64,000 nucleotides of DNA from an uncultured cyanobacterium. GTDB taxonomy: Bacteria; Cyanobacteriota; Cyanobacteriia; Cyanobacteriales; Cyanobacteriaceae. The first letter of the stretch is position 1. Each line of letters starts with the position of its first letter. The stretch is taken from NCBI GenBank assembly GCA_963710605.1, contig CAVQBA010000004.1, positions 1,088,001 through 1,152,000 of the forward strand, in the 5' to 3' direction. Both the position numbers and the translations under genes were made by a program. The notes beneath the pieces were generated by a model. The model was not told where the DNA came from, searched no databases, and saw only the letters and a program-made list of their open reading frames with translations. Shown piece after piece: positions 11,224 to 21,077 of the stretch.

Positions 11224-11406
11224 TTATAATTCGGTTACTTTTTTAATTCCAAAGATAAAATTATCAGAAAACTCTTGATACAAATTCTTCAGATGTTCTT
11301 TTAAATCTTCTAAATCTTCTCCTTGAGTCCAATGTTCGGGATATTTATTCAAATAGCCTAAATATTTCCCATCTTCTTCTTGCCAAAAAGTATATTGTAT
11401 TTTCAT
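11224..11406 (-). CDS. HicB-family antitoxin (orphan)
   Basis: YTFWQEEDGKYLGYL..YP..WTQGEDLEDL pattern. Confidence 0.65.
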   Translation of the reverse strand: MKIQYTFWQEEDGKYLGYLNKYPEHWTQGEDLEDLKEHLKNLYQEFSDNFIFGIKKVTEL

Positions 11407-11467
11407 TATTAACCTAACATTTTCTAATTTAAATAAAATAGACATTACTACTTACCATAAATTTATT

Positions 11468-11507
11468 TTAACGTTTGGTTAGTTTAGTTAAAACTTGAAA
11501 ACGATCG
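11468..11507 (-). repeat. Copy of htpG 3' end ending at CGATCG (distal)
   Basis: 29/31 match to 12801-12831; reads DRFQVLTKLTKR* versus ERSNQVLTKLTKR*. Confidence 0.9.
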
Positions 11508-11556
11508 TAAGTTATAATCAAAGCATTGAATCAAATCAAGCTACATAGTTCTAAAA

Positions 11557-11760
11557 ATGGACACCGTAACATTAAAAGCCCTGATCAAAGAAAGTGTTAG
11601 AGAAGTTTTAAGAGAAGAAAAATTACTTTTAATACAATCTCTGATTCCTCCTGTTAAGCAAGAAGAGATGGAAGAGATAATTAATAAATTAGGAAGCCCT
11701 AAAGATTTTAATGAGGAAGACTTTGTTGATATGACTGATTGGTTAAACAATGAAGATTAG
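11557..11760 (+). CDS. Putative antitoxin
   Basis: Small acidic ORF overlapping a downstream RelE toxin. Confidence 0.65.
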   Translation: MDTVTLKALIKESVREVLREEKLLLIQSLIPPVKQEEMEEIINKLGSPKDFNEEDFVDMTDWLNNED

Positions 11761-12034
11761 ATTTAGTAAACGTGCAGTTAAATTTTTAAACAAATTATCA
11801 ACAAAAGAACAAGCAAAAATTAAACAGAAACTAAGAGATTTAATTTCTGAAATTAACAACAATAACAATATACCTTTTCAAAAATTAAATATCAAAACTC
11901 TTAGTGGAGAATGGAAAGACTATTTGAGAATGAGAATCGGAAAAATGAGAATTATCTTTAAAGTCTATTCTGTTGAGAATGAAATATTTATATATGACAT
12001 AGACTATCGAGGAAATATTTATCAAAAGAATTAA
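11750..12034 (+). CDS. RelE/ParE-family toxin
   Basis: KRAVKFL, LSGEWKDYLRMRIGKMRIIF, RGNIY. Confidence 0.85.
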   Translation: MKIRFSKRAVKFLNKLSTKEQAKIKQKLRDLISEINNNNNIPFQKLNIKTLSGEWKDYLRMRIGKMRIIFKVYSVENEIFIYDIDYRGNIYQKN

Positions 12035-12126
12035 ATTTGTATATAGTAAAAGGGCAAGAAAATTCTTACCCTTACTATTATTTTTGAAGTCTATTAAACT
12101 GAAACACAACCTACTCTGAAAGTATT

Positions 12127-12166
12127 TTAACGTTTGGTTAGTTTAGTTAATACTTGAAAACGATCG
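12127..12166 (-). repeat. Copy of htpG 3' end ending at CGATCG (proximal)
   Basis: 30/31 match to 12801-12831, then aaACGATCG. Confidence 0.9.
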
Positions 12167-12232
12167 TACCTATGATAGTAAGAAGAAAATAATTACGATT
12201 AGAATATACTTAATATCTCAACGAATACTATT

Positions 12233-12436
12233 ATGAATATATCAGTGGAAAACGATCGTCTCAAACAAACCATAAAACAGGCAATGCTAGAGCTATTTCA
12301 AGAAAACAAAGAAGAATTTTCTACATTACTAGCAGAAATTATAGAAGATATTGCCTTATCAAAAGCGATCGTACAGGGAGAAGAAACAGAATTAGTAGAT
12401 AAAGAAACTGTTTTTTCTATCTTGGATAAAGAATAA
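12233..12436 (+). CDS. Putative antitoxin
   Basis: Small acidic ORF, TAATG coupling to the RelE toxin. Confidence 0.7.
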   Translation: MNISVENDRLKQTIKQAMLELFQENKEEFSTLLAEIIEDIALSKAIVQGEETELVDKETVFSILDKE

Positions 12437-12702
12437 TGAAAGTAGAATTTAGAAAAAGTTTTGTCAAAGACTTAAAAAAGATCAAAAACTTCAAATTACA
12501 ACGAAAGATAAAATCAATCATTGAAGAAGTGGAAAATGCAGATAATCTTAAACAAATTAGCAATCTTAAATTTCTCAAAGGAGAAAATAATCATTATCGT
12601 ATTAGAATTGGAGACTACAGAATCGGCATAATTATAGAAAATGATGTTGTTAGATTTGTAAGGTTTTTACATCGCCAAAAAATTTATAAATTTTTTCCCT
12701 AA
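12436..12702 (+). CDS. RelE/ParE-family toxin
   Basis: FVKDLKKI, YRIRIGDYRIG, HRQKIY. Confidence 0.88.
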   Translation: MKVEFRKSFVKDLKKIKNFKLQRKIKSIIEEVENADNLKQISNLKFLKGENNHYRIRIGDYRIGIIIENDVVRFVRFLHRQKIYKFFP

Positions 12703-12765
12703 CTGTCTTTAAATATGATAAAGACGTAGCACATTGACTACGCCTTTAAAAAAATAGTTAAATTA

Positions 12766-12796
12766 CGATCACGCAGTGCCAGCCTTCGGCTGATCG
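12766..12796. repeat. Small hairpin repeat embedded in a HIP1-like site (SDR5-like)
   Basis: cgatc-acgcagtgc-CAGCC-ttc-GGCTG-atcg; GC-rich in an AT-rich context. Confidence 0.5.
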
Positions 12797-12800
12797 TTAA

Positions 12801-14771
12801 TTAACGCTTGGTTAGTTTAGTTAATACTTGATTAGAGCGTTCGACAAAAGCATTCATCCCTTCAGCATCAAAAGCACGTTGTGCCATCAAAGCTAAATCA
12901 TAAACATATTGACACATCATGCCTACTGTTTCTTGAGTAGAAGATTCGCCACCATCTTGAATAATCGCACCCTTATTAAGATTGTAAATATTTTCAATCA
13001 AAGGATGAGCTGTATTAATCATCAAAATATGTTCTTCAGGAAACTGCATCTGTGTTTGTTGCATCATCGCTGTCATCTCTTGGAAACGACGCATCGCCTC
13101 AGGTAACAATACCATCGCCGGAGGTGTTTGTTCTTGCTTATCAGCTTTAAGTGACTGAGTTTTGATATTTACTTTAGGTTTACCGATCGCTTTTTCAAAG
13201 ATGTCTTTAATCTCTTCTGCACGGGTTTTATTCGTGGTAGGATCGACTATTTCACTACTTTTATCTTCTTGAACTAAGTTATCATCTAACTCAGAATCGA
13301 CTCTAGAGAATTTAACATCGGTGTATTCTCTTTCAAGGAAAGGAATGAAGTAGTTAGTATCAATGAATGAATCCATATACAATACTTCGATACCTTGATT
13401 TTTGTATAAATCAACATAAGTACTTTGAGTTTGAGCATTATTACAATAGAAAACTCTGTTTTCGTGGTTTTCTTTGTTACGCTCTAAATACTCATTTAAG
13501 GTAGTATAAGGCTCGGTAATGCTATCTTCGTTATTCACATCTTTCCAAGCGTCATCATCATCAGTTTGTACTTCAACTTTAGGTTTTTCTTCTGTCGCTG
13601 TTTCTGGTTGATAAGTACTACGGAAGATGATTAAGTCTTCTACTTGTTTTTTGAATTTGTCGTCTCTTAAAGAGCCATATTTGACAAATGTACCGACATC
13701 TTCCCAAGAATCGATATATTTCTTCTTATCTTCTTTATACAAAGATTTTAGACGATCGCCTATTTTTTTACTAATGAAATCAGAAATACGACGTACGGTA
13801 CGATGATTTGTTAAAGCACTACGAGAAACATTTAAAGGAATATCAGGGCTATCAATCACACCACGAAGAGGCATCAAAAACTCAGGAATAATCTCTTCAC
13901 AATGATCACTTACAAACACCTGATTACAGAAAAGTTTGATTTGCCCTTTATTAACATCAACATCAGGTTTTAGTTTAGGGAAATATAAAATTCCGTTAAG
14001 TAAAAAAGGATAATCTGTGTTTAAATGTACCCATAGTAAAGGATCTTCTTGAAATGGATAAAGATAACGATAAAACTCTAAATAATCTTCATCAGTCAAA
14101 TCACGAGGAGATTGTTTCCAAGGTGCTTTCTGACGATTAACTTGCTCTTCACCCATCTTGATAGCGACAGGAATAAAATCAGAATATTTTTTGACTAAGC
14201 CTTTAATTCTAGCTTCCTCGGCATATTCTGTTTCCTCATCCATTAAAGTAAGAGTAACAGTTGTGCCAGGAGTAGTACGAGTAGATTCGCTTAATTCAAA
14301 TTCAGGTGAGCCATCACAAGACCAATGAACAGCAGTTGCACCTTCACGATAAGATAAGGTATCAATCTCTACTTGAGTCGCTACCATAAAGGCAGAATAG
14401 AAACCTAAACCGAAGTGTCCGATTAAATCATTAGGTGATTTGCTATATTGAGTGATGAAGTCTTCGGCACTAGAAAAAGCAACTTGGTTGATATATTTTT
14501 TGATTTCGTCGGTTGTCATACCGATACCATTATCAGTAATGGCGAGAGTTTTTTTCTCTTTATCTACAGCGACGGTAATTTCAGGCTCAGGTAAATCTCC
14601 TGTTATTTCTCCGGCTAATGATGCCATCTTCGCTTTGGATATAGCATCGACGGAGTTAGAGATTAATTCTCTTAAAAAGATTTCGTGGTCGGTGTAGAGG
14701 GATTTTTTGATGATGGGAAATATATTTTCAGTATGAATACTAATATTTCCTTTCTCTAAAACGTTGCTCAT
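12801..14771 (-). CDS. htpG: Molecular chaperone HtpG (Hsp90)
   Basis: IFLRELISNS, DNGIGM, IGHFGLGFYSAF, LNVSRS. Confidence 0.97.
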   Translation of the reverse strand: MSNVLEKGNISIHTENIFPIIKKSLYTDHEIFLRELISNSVDAISKAKMASLAGEITGDLPEPEITVAVDKEKKTLAITDNGIGMTTDEIKKYINQVAFSSAEDFITQYSKSPNDLIGHFGLGFYSAFMVATQVEIDTLSYREGATAVHWSCDGSPEFELSESTRTTPGTTVTLTLMDEETEYAEEARIKGLVKKYSDFIPVAIKMGEEQVNRQKAPWKQSPRDLTDEDYLEFYRYLYPFQEDPLLWVHLNTDYPFLLNGILYFPKLKPDVDVNKGQIKLFCNQVFVSDHCEEIIPEFLMPLRGVIDSPDIPLNVSRSALTNHRTVRRISDFISKKIGDRLKSLYKEDKKKYIDSWEDVGTFVKYGSLRDDKFKKQVEDLIIFRSTYQPETATEEKPKVEVQTDDDDAWKDVNNEDSITEPYTTLNEYLERNKENHENRVFYCNNAQTQSTYVDLYKNQGIEVLYMDSFIDTNYFIPFLEREYTDVKFSRVDSELDDNLVQEDKSSEIVDPTTNKTRAEEIKDIFEKAIGKPKVNIKTQSLKADKQEQTPPAMVLLPEAMRRFQEMTAMMQQTQMQFPEEHILMINTAHPLIENIYNLNKGAIIQDGGESSTQETVGMMCQYVYDLALMAQRAFDAEGMNAFVERSNQVLTKLTKR

Positions 14772-15068
14772 AATTTGTATTTTAAGTTATTTATTCTCTT
14801 ATTGACTGTAGGTTAATATTGGAGATTTTACGCTTTTACCATCAATGTCAAATGGGTGCTATCCACATCTAAAATTAATAGTAGTGTTTTTATTCTAATT
14901 TGGCGTAATTTCTCTGAGTTTTTGATTGTTTAACTTTAATGATGTCACATCTAATCTGATGGTATCAAGATGTGGTTTACCGAATTATTATAACTAGTGT
15001 GAAATTAGTTTGAAATTAGTCGTATTTGAGTTTTGGGAATCCTTTTTCTAAAACCTAAAACTTAAAAC

Positions 15069-15551
15069 CTAAGTAATCGCATTAGTTAAACCACAATAAG
15101 CACTGTAGGCTATACCGATCGCATCTACACTATCATCGATCGGTAAATCTGGTAAATCAAATATTTGTTGTAAAACCGTAGCTACTTCTTCTTTATCTGC
15201 TCTACCATTACCCAGATGAGCTTTCCAACTAGCTTGATGAAGAAAAATAGGCGTTAGATTCGCTTCACGATAACAGACTAAACTGATCACTCCCAAAGCT
15301 TGTAAAACGCCTCCTGCGGCTTTGATTTTACGGCTAAAAAAGGGCATTTCGATCGCAACTCGATCGGGTTTAAACTCATCGACGATCGTGATTAAATCTG
15401 TCTCTAACTCCACTAGACGCTTACCTGTAGAATCTTTTTTCTCAGTTTGAATAATGCCATAATCAACCAGACTAGGCGTTTGCGTCTCATCTCCTAATAA
15501 AATCGACCAACCAATAATAGCAAGTCCTGGATCTATTCCTAACCAAATCAT
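15069..15551 (-). CDS. ruvC: Holliday junction resolvase RuvC
   Basis: GIDPG, VAIE, GNGRADKEEV, DDSVDA catalytic motifs. Confidence 0.85.
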   Translation of the reverse strand: MIWLGIDPGLAIIGWSILLGDETQTPSLVDYGIIQTEKKDSTGKRLVELETDLITIVDEFKPDRVAIEMPFFSRKIKAAGGVLQALGVISLVCYREANLTPIFLHQASWKAHLGNGRADKEEVATVLQQIFDLPDLPIDDSVDAIGIAYSAYCGLTNAIT

Positions 15552-15616
15552 ATATAACAATTAATTCTGTGATAGTTGTCACTTTTTTTTCCTTTGAGAT
15601 TTGATCCGTTTTTTAC

Positions 15617-15647
15617 TTGACAAACCCTAGGTATAGTTAGTTATAAT
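15617..15647 (+). promoter_or_regulatory. Possible sigma70 promoter for tRNA-Thr
   Basis: TTGACA-19nt-TATAAT (spacer is long). Confidence 0.4.
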
Positions 15648-15725
15648 ATGTTACTGGTGAGCAATTATTTTGTTGTTGAACATAACATACCCAATAATGC
15701 GTCCCAATAGTATATCTTTACTGTT

Positions 15726-15798
15726 GCCATCTTAGCTCAGTTGGTAGAGCACTTGATTTGTAATCATGAGGTCATCGGTTCGAATCCGATAGATGGCT
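15726..15798 (+). tRNA. trnT: tRNA-Thr(UGU)
   Basis: Acceptor GCCATCT/AGATGGC, D-arm AGCTCAGTTGGTAGAGC, anticodon TGT, GGTTCGAATCC T-loop; CCA not encoded. Confidence 0.92.
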
Positions 15799-15855
15799 TA
15801 TATTTATCGAAAAATCACGAATTTAAAACCCCGAATATCCCCCCTTTCAAAGGGG

Positions 15856-15903
15856 AAGGGCTGTCACCTGAATTCATTTGCTGGTGAATGGAATACGCCC
15901 CGT
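15856..15903. repeat. ~44-48 bp hairpin repeat (AGGGGCTG...GCCCCGT), copy 1
   Basis: Homologous to 44505-44548 and 62100-62143. Confidence 0.7.
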
Positions 15904-16263
15904 CTTTGCACGAGTGCCCCTTGCCCTTTTGATATAATTCCTAATTGACACTGGTTGATAGTTGTTATTGAACTATTATTCACAAATAATACTTTTAGAA
16001 TATTAGTATTGTTCACTTATGAACTTACTTGACTTTCAGGCAATATTACAAAAAAGTTTTCTAGTTTTGAAAAAATTGACCAGAATAAAAATTATTAAAG
16101 TTTTACTATAGTAGAAAATCAATAGGTTAGGATATTTCAAACCGTTTGAATTAAAAAAGGCAGTTGCACTACAATTTTTAGACTAACCCTCTATTTGCTA
16201 TACAACAAAGGATAAAATTTGTTGAGTATGTCAATATAATATCAAGAAAACCTTCTCCAAAGT

Positions 16264-16812
16264 TTGAATCAAATGTCACAAAAGCCTCAACCAGACAATG
16301 AAAAACAATTAGAAAATTTCTTTGCCGTATTAGCTGGTAATAATAGCGATTCTTCACCACAAGAGCAAAAAAAAGCAAATGAGATATCTAATTCTAATGA
16401 GTCCTCATCTAATAACTCACAGAGTCAATCTAAAAAAGAAATACAGACGAATAAAAAAGAAAAAAATAAAGATGTAGAGTTTGAAGTTTTACAACAATTG
16501 TTCGGTAAGTCAGATGTTGATAAATTAAAAGATAGGGTATCTGATTTAGAAATAGAATCAGCAGAGTTAACTAAAGAAAAAGACGAATTAAAAAAGAAAT
16601 ATCAACAATTAAAAAAAGATGTGGAGCAACAAAATCAACTTCTTCAAGAACAAAATAAAGTTTTTGAGCAAGTACTTAAAAACAATTTAACTCAACTTAA
16701 GCAAGATTTGCTGATTGATTTTAATTTAATTCTCGACAAATTTGTCACAGAAAATATCGAAAACGATCAAAAATTCTCGATTAAAGTTGTTGGGCTACGT
16801 AACAAGAATTGA
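16264..16812 (+). CDS. Hypothetical coiled-coil protein
   Basis: Q/K/E-rich heptads, 182 aa. Confidence 0.6.
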   Translation: MNQMSQKPQPDNEKQLENFFAVLAGNNSDSSPQEQKKANEISNSNESSSNNSQSQSKKEIQTNKKEKNKDVEFEVLQQLFGKSDVDKLKDRVSDLEIESAELTKEKDELKKKYQQLKKDVEQQNQLLQEQNKVFEQVLKNNLTQLKQDLLIDFNLILDKFVTENIENDQKFSIKVVGLRNKN

Positions 16813-16859
16813 GATAGAAAAGAATTATGGTGGCTAAGCAATTATTCGGACAGAATTGA

Positions 16860-18878
16860 CTACTTTAACTCAAAAACTACTGCTTGATTCAACCACTGTT
16901 CTTGATTTGGTTTTACATCAGGTGGCACACCTTTACCATCTTCTATTCTAATACGACGACGATCGATTCCTAAGTCTTCTAAACTAGTTTGTACACTTTG
17001 AGCTCTTTTTAAGGATATATTACGAGATTCATTTCTAGAGCGATAACCGAAAATAGTTAATTGTGTATTAGGGAATAATTCCATCTCATCTTTTATCGGA
17101 ATTAGTTTTCCTTCTACATCTCTAGCTGAAACATTAGCTGTATTACGTGAAAAATAAAGTCTTAAAGGTATTTGTACAGGTTTGAAATCGATTTGATTAT
17201 TAATTTGTTTGATACCGTTGATTCTAGCAAAAGAAGCAGTAATATCTTCTAATTCAGTTAGTTGTAATGCTTTTCCTGTTAAGGTTAAAACACCTTTATT
17301 AAAATAAGTTTTAATATCGATACCGTCTATTTGATTAAAAATTTTTAAAACTTCCTCTATTTCTTTTTCTATATCACCTTGATTGAGTGGTAAATCTACA
17401 ACTGATACTTGATTATCAATCGGTAAATCACTAGGATATTTTTGAACAACGGAAGTTAATTTTTGTTTTAAATATTCATTTGGTAATCTACCTAATAAAT
17501 TTATTTTTCCTTCAGTAATATCAACATCTAAGTTATAAACTTTTAAGTCTTCATCTTCTGAAACATTAGCGATTATTTCTTGCTCTACTCTGTAATTTCT
17601 GTATTGCCAATATTGATAAATACCTAATGGTAAACCAATTAATAATAAACCAATTAAAGAGCCACCAACTAACCGACGATTTCTGCGTTTTATTTCTTTA
17701 TTAACTTCAAATTCTAATATTGGTTGTAGCTTATTAGTTAAAGATTCAGGAATAATTGTTTGATCACCTTGAAACATTTTGATTGAAGTTTCGTATTCTT
17801 TTTCTAACTCATCTAATATCTTAGCTAATAATTGTAAAAAATTAGTCGGTGCTTCTCCTTGAGCCATTACAGCTAAATAAGCATTTTCTCCTGAATAAAT
17901 ATTAATTTTATTTTCGTTATATTCGATCGATAAAAATTGTGATTTACGAGTTAATTTATAACTTAAATTACGAATAGAAGATAACATACTTGTGATAACT
18001 TCACTACTTAAAACTTTATGGCTTATATGCTGTTTTTCAGTAATAATTAAATGAGATTTTTTATGAATTAAAAAAACATTATTAACTCGAAAATAATTTG
18101 ATGTTTGTTCTTCTAATTCTTCTGGTGTTAGACTAGTAATTTTTAAATTTTGATTCCCTGTACTCGAATTATCGATTGCATCAGATACTTGACTATTAAC
18201 TTTACGAATAGTACTTGCAATATAATCACCGATGGTTACACCAATTACAGGATAAAGGGCTTCCATTAAGACTTCTGTTTCTTGCTCTATTTGTTCTGTA
18301 ATCGTCTTTCCTTCACCCGGTTTGAATATATTTGCAATCGCACCTTCTCTTTGAGTAATTTTGTCTCTAATCGTTTCTGTCACCGTAGGTAAGAGTAAAT
18401 TAATCAATTCTTGATGATTATAAACTCTTGATTCTAAATCAACTAAAAGCCCTCGTAAACCTTGTATTTCAGTTTCTAAAAATTTGTTTTGAGCATAAGA
18501 TTTCGGCTCAGGTTTGACTAAAGGAATAAAACCTTTACTTTCATTTTGATATAAAGAAGTAGAAACATTATGAGTAGTTTGAATGATACGACTACTATCA
18601 TCTGTATTTGGAGGAGAAATATCAACAGTTTTTATCTCCTCCTTGTAATATACTTCGCCGTTTTCTCCTGTTTCTGTCGGCGAATTTATCACTATTTCTT
18701 GGTTTTGATTTTGAGATTTATTACTCTTTTTGACAGATAAAGATAATTCGGTTTCTTCACTATTTTCTGTGACTAACATATTGGTTAACAAATCAGCTAA
18801 ACCTTGTATTTCTTTTGCTGATTCAGGATTAAAATCACTCTGGGGATGACTATAGTTATCTTCACTCATATGTTGCAT
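16860..18878 (-). CDS. Membrane protein with BON domain(s) and a C-terminal OmpA-like domain
   Basis: Single TM helix; GKINLLGRLP and GVLTLTG (BON-like); ISLKRAQSVQTSLEDLGID (OmpA-like). Confidence 0.7.
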   Translation of the reverse strand: MQHMSEDNYSHPQSDFNPESAKEIQGLADLLTNMLVTENSEETELSLSVKKSNKSQNQNQEIVINSPTETGENGEVYYKEEIKTVDISPPNTDDSSRIIQTTHNVSTSLYQNESKGFIPLVKPEPKSYAQNKFLETEIQGLRGLLVDLESRVYNHQELINLLLPTVTETIRDKITQREGAIANIFKPGEGKTITEQIEQETEVLMEALYPVIGVTIGDYIASTIRKVNSQVSDAIDNSSTGNQNLKITSLTPEELEEQTSNYFRVNNVFLIHKKSHLIITEKQHISHKVLSSEVITSMLSSIRNLSYKLTRKSQFLSIEYNENKINIYSGENAYLAVMAQGEAPTNFLQLLAKILDELEKEYETSIKMFQGDQTIIPESLTNKLQPILEFEVNKEIKRRNRRLVGGSLIGLLLIGLPLGIYQYWQYRNYRVEQEIIANVSEDEDLKVYNLDVDITEGKINLLGRLPNEYLKQKLTSVVQKYPSDLPIDNQVSVVDLPLNQGDIEKEIEEVLKIFNQIDGIDIKTYFNKGVLTLTGKALQLTELEDITASFARINGIKQINNQIDFKPVQIPLRLYFSRNTANVSARDVEGKLIPIKDEMELFPNTQLTIFGYRSRNESRNISLKRAQSVQTSLEDLGIDRRRIRIEDGKGVPPDVKPNQEQWLNQAVVFELK

Positions 18879-19028
18879 TTCATCCTTACTAATTAAATTT
18901 AAATAGACTAAAAGTATTTAACCAAACACCTAATTAACTAACTAAAAGTATTTTCATTAATTAATAATTAATATTTCAAATAGCTAATAGTTTTTTAACT
19001 TTAAAACCATCTGTCAAAAAATATTTAT

Positions 19029-19853
19029 TTATTTATTATCTTCTTGCGTTACTGTATCTGATAAAAAACTTAAACCAGATGAGTTATCATCGTCGCTATC
19101 ATCAGAATTAGAAAAAGAAGAATAACTATTGCTAGCAGTCGAGCTAGTTACTTCTTTTAATTGAGGTACAAATTCTGTTCCTTTTAATCTTAAACCTAAT
19201 TCAAATAAAAATTCAGCTAAATCATCTCTAGCTACTTTACTTTCTGTGAGTAATGAAAAACGAGTATCTAATTCCGAAAAAATTTGCTCTCTCAAACTTA
19301 AAATATCTTCTTGTAATTTTTCTCGACTAGAAAATAAATCATCTCTTAATGTGTCCGTTTTACTTTCAAAATTTTGTTCAATAGAATCAAAAGTTGTACT
19401 TGCTTTTCTGTTTAATCGCTCAATTTGTTGACGAATATCAATTTTTTCTTCATCATTTTTTTGGTTTAAAGATCTAACTTTACTATCTAAACTACTAACT
19501 TCTATTTGTAATTGTTTAAATAGATCAGTTTTGACTTCTTCAGTAGCATTAGAAATACGTTTATTTAACATTTCCATCTTTTGTTGAAGATCAAATTTAT
19601 CTTGCTCATCTTTAAGACTAATCGACTTAATTTTTTTTTCGACATTATCAACAGAGGCGGCAAAATCGCTAGACAAAACTTGCTTTAATTCATCAGTACG
19701 CTCACGAATTTCTTGTTGGGTGACAGATAAATTTTTCTCTAGTTGTTCTAAACGATGCCCCCACTCTCTTAGATAAGAACCAAATAAAATATCTCTAATT
19801 TGATCTACATTACCTAACCGTTCTCTAAGATCGCTATTATTAGTATCATTCAT
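19029..19853 (-). CDS. Long coiled-coil protein upstream of the BON/OmpA gene
   Basis: VDQIRDILFG N-terminus; internal repeat of heptad blocks. Confidence 0.65.
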   Translation of the reverse strand: MNDTNNSDLRERLGNVDQIRDILFGSYLREWGHRLEQLEKNLSVTQQEIRERTDELKQVLSSDFAASVDNVEKKIKSISLKDEQDKFDLQQKMEMLNKRISNATEEVKTDLFKQLQIEVSSLDSKVRSLNQKNDEEKIDIRQQIERLNRKASTTFDSIEQNFESKTDTLRDDLFSSREKLQEDILSLREQIFSELDTRFSLLTESKVARDDLAEFLFELGLRLKGTEFVPQLKEVTSSTASNSYSSFSNSDDSDDDNSSGLSFLSDTVTQEDNK

Positions 19854-20282
19854 AATTATTGTCTAGTAAAATGTAAATTTAGATACAATTTTCGGGTTAT
19901 TTGTACCTTTTCATTTAATCATAAATGAGAATTTGCATAATAACAATTCTCATTTTTAGCTTGATCAATTTCTTTGATAATTACTTGTGTAGTATCATAA
20001 TCGTCACTTTTTTTTGTTAAATATAATACAAAATTGTCAATAAAATATCTTAAATATCTTTTAAAATTCTGATAATAATTTGTTTTAATTATAATTTTTA
20101 CAATATATACAGTAGGTAATAAGATTAATTTTGTCGAAGGCTTCATTATTATTCTGTGACTTAATTGATTGTTATAGTTAGAGAAAAATTAGCAATTTTT
20201 TAGTAAAGTAGATTGACAAATATGTGATTGTGATTGTGATGTTAATATAGTACTTACGCAAAATCAACTCTTAAAAAATAGA

Positions 20283-20846
20283 ATGGTTCAACCAAGTTTG
20301 CATAAGTTAGTTTTTCAAGCGGCTAAAGAAATTTTAGCGGAGGGAAAGTATCCGACAATGGATTTAATTTGTGACAGGTTAAATTTAAATCCTCAACAAA
20401 TAAATGATGGTTTAGATATTTCATCATCGCCAAATAGTAATGAATCAAGTGAGATTCCAAATGCTGAGATTGAAATTTTAGAAGCATTAACTTTAATCAA
20501 TCGCTTACAAGAAGAAGAGATAAATCAAAATACCCAGCAGATAATAGATGAAGTGGAAGTGGAGGTTGAAGAAGAAGAAAACTTTGAGCAACCAAATCAT
20601 AATGAAGAATCGATTGAAGAATTAGTTGAGAAAGTCGATCGAAAAGCTCAGTATATGGCGGCGGCTGAAGCTGTTTTAACTCAAGAACTTTATCGCTATT
20701 ATCGTAATACCCACAAGTTTTCGGTAGCCGATGTCAAACACCAAGTAGAAAATGCTTTACTTGAAACGCAAAGCGATTGGGAAGATGATATCCAAAATTT
20801 TTCACCCGCAGTCATACTCAAAAAATACGGCAAGTCGAGTCGTTAA
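20283..20846 (+). CDS. Hypothetical protein with a KfrA-like N-terminal DNA-binding motif
   Basis: VFQAAKEILAEGKYPTMDLICDRL resembles KfrA_N; acidic remainder. Confidence 0.5.
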   Translation: MVQPSLHKLVFQAAKEILAEGKYPTMDLICDRLNLNPQQINDGLDISSSPNSNESSEIPNAEIEILEALTLINRLQEEEINQNTQQIIDEVEVEVEEEENFEQPNHNEESIEELVEKVDRKAQYMAAAEAVLTQELYRYYRNTHKFSVADVKHQVENALLETQSDWEDDIQNFSPAVILKKYGKSSR

Positions 20847-20851
20847 AGTTA

Positions 20852-21034
20852 TTGTCTAAGGGGGCAACCCTAGAAAGACAAATACTTTTTCATTTATGGC
20901 TTGTTTTTTGTTTAAGTACGGCTGCGACTATGATGATGACTTTAGGGGTGCAAAATCTGCAAAATATTTTCATAATTTCTGTGACATCAAGTAGTTTAGG
21001 ATTAGCTGTTTATGTCAAGACACTAAAAAATTAG
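20852..21034 (+). CDS. Small two-TM hypothetical protein
   Basis: Hydrophobic 60 aa ORF packed between two co-oriented ORFs. Confidence 0.45.
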   Translation: MSKGATLERQILFHLWLVFCLSTAATMMMTLGVQNLQNIFIISVTSSSLGLAVYVKTLKN

Positions 21035-21077
21035 AGATTCAGATCAAAAAGTTTTTTATTTACTAGGAGAAAAATTA

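Noticed and set aside
11495-11518. htpG-end copies supplying a -35 (TTGAAA) for the TA promoters
   Set aside because: Spacing to TATAAT or TATGAT is only 11-12 nt.
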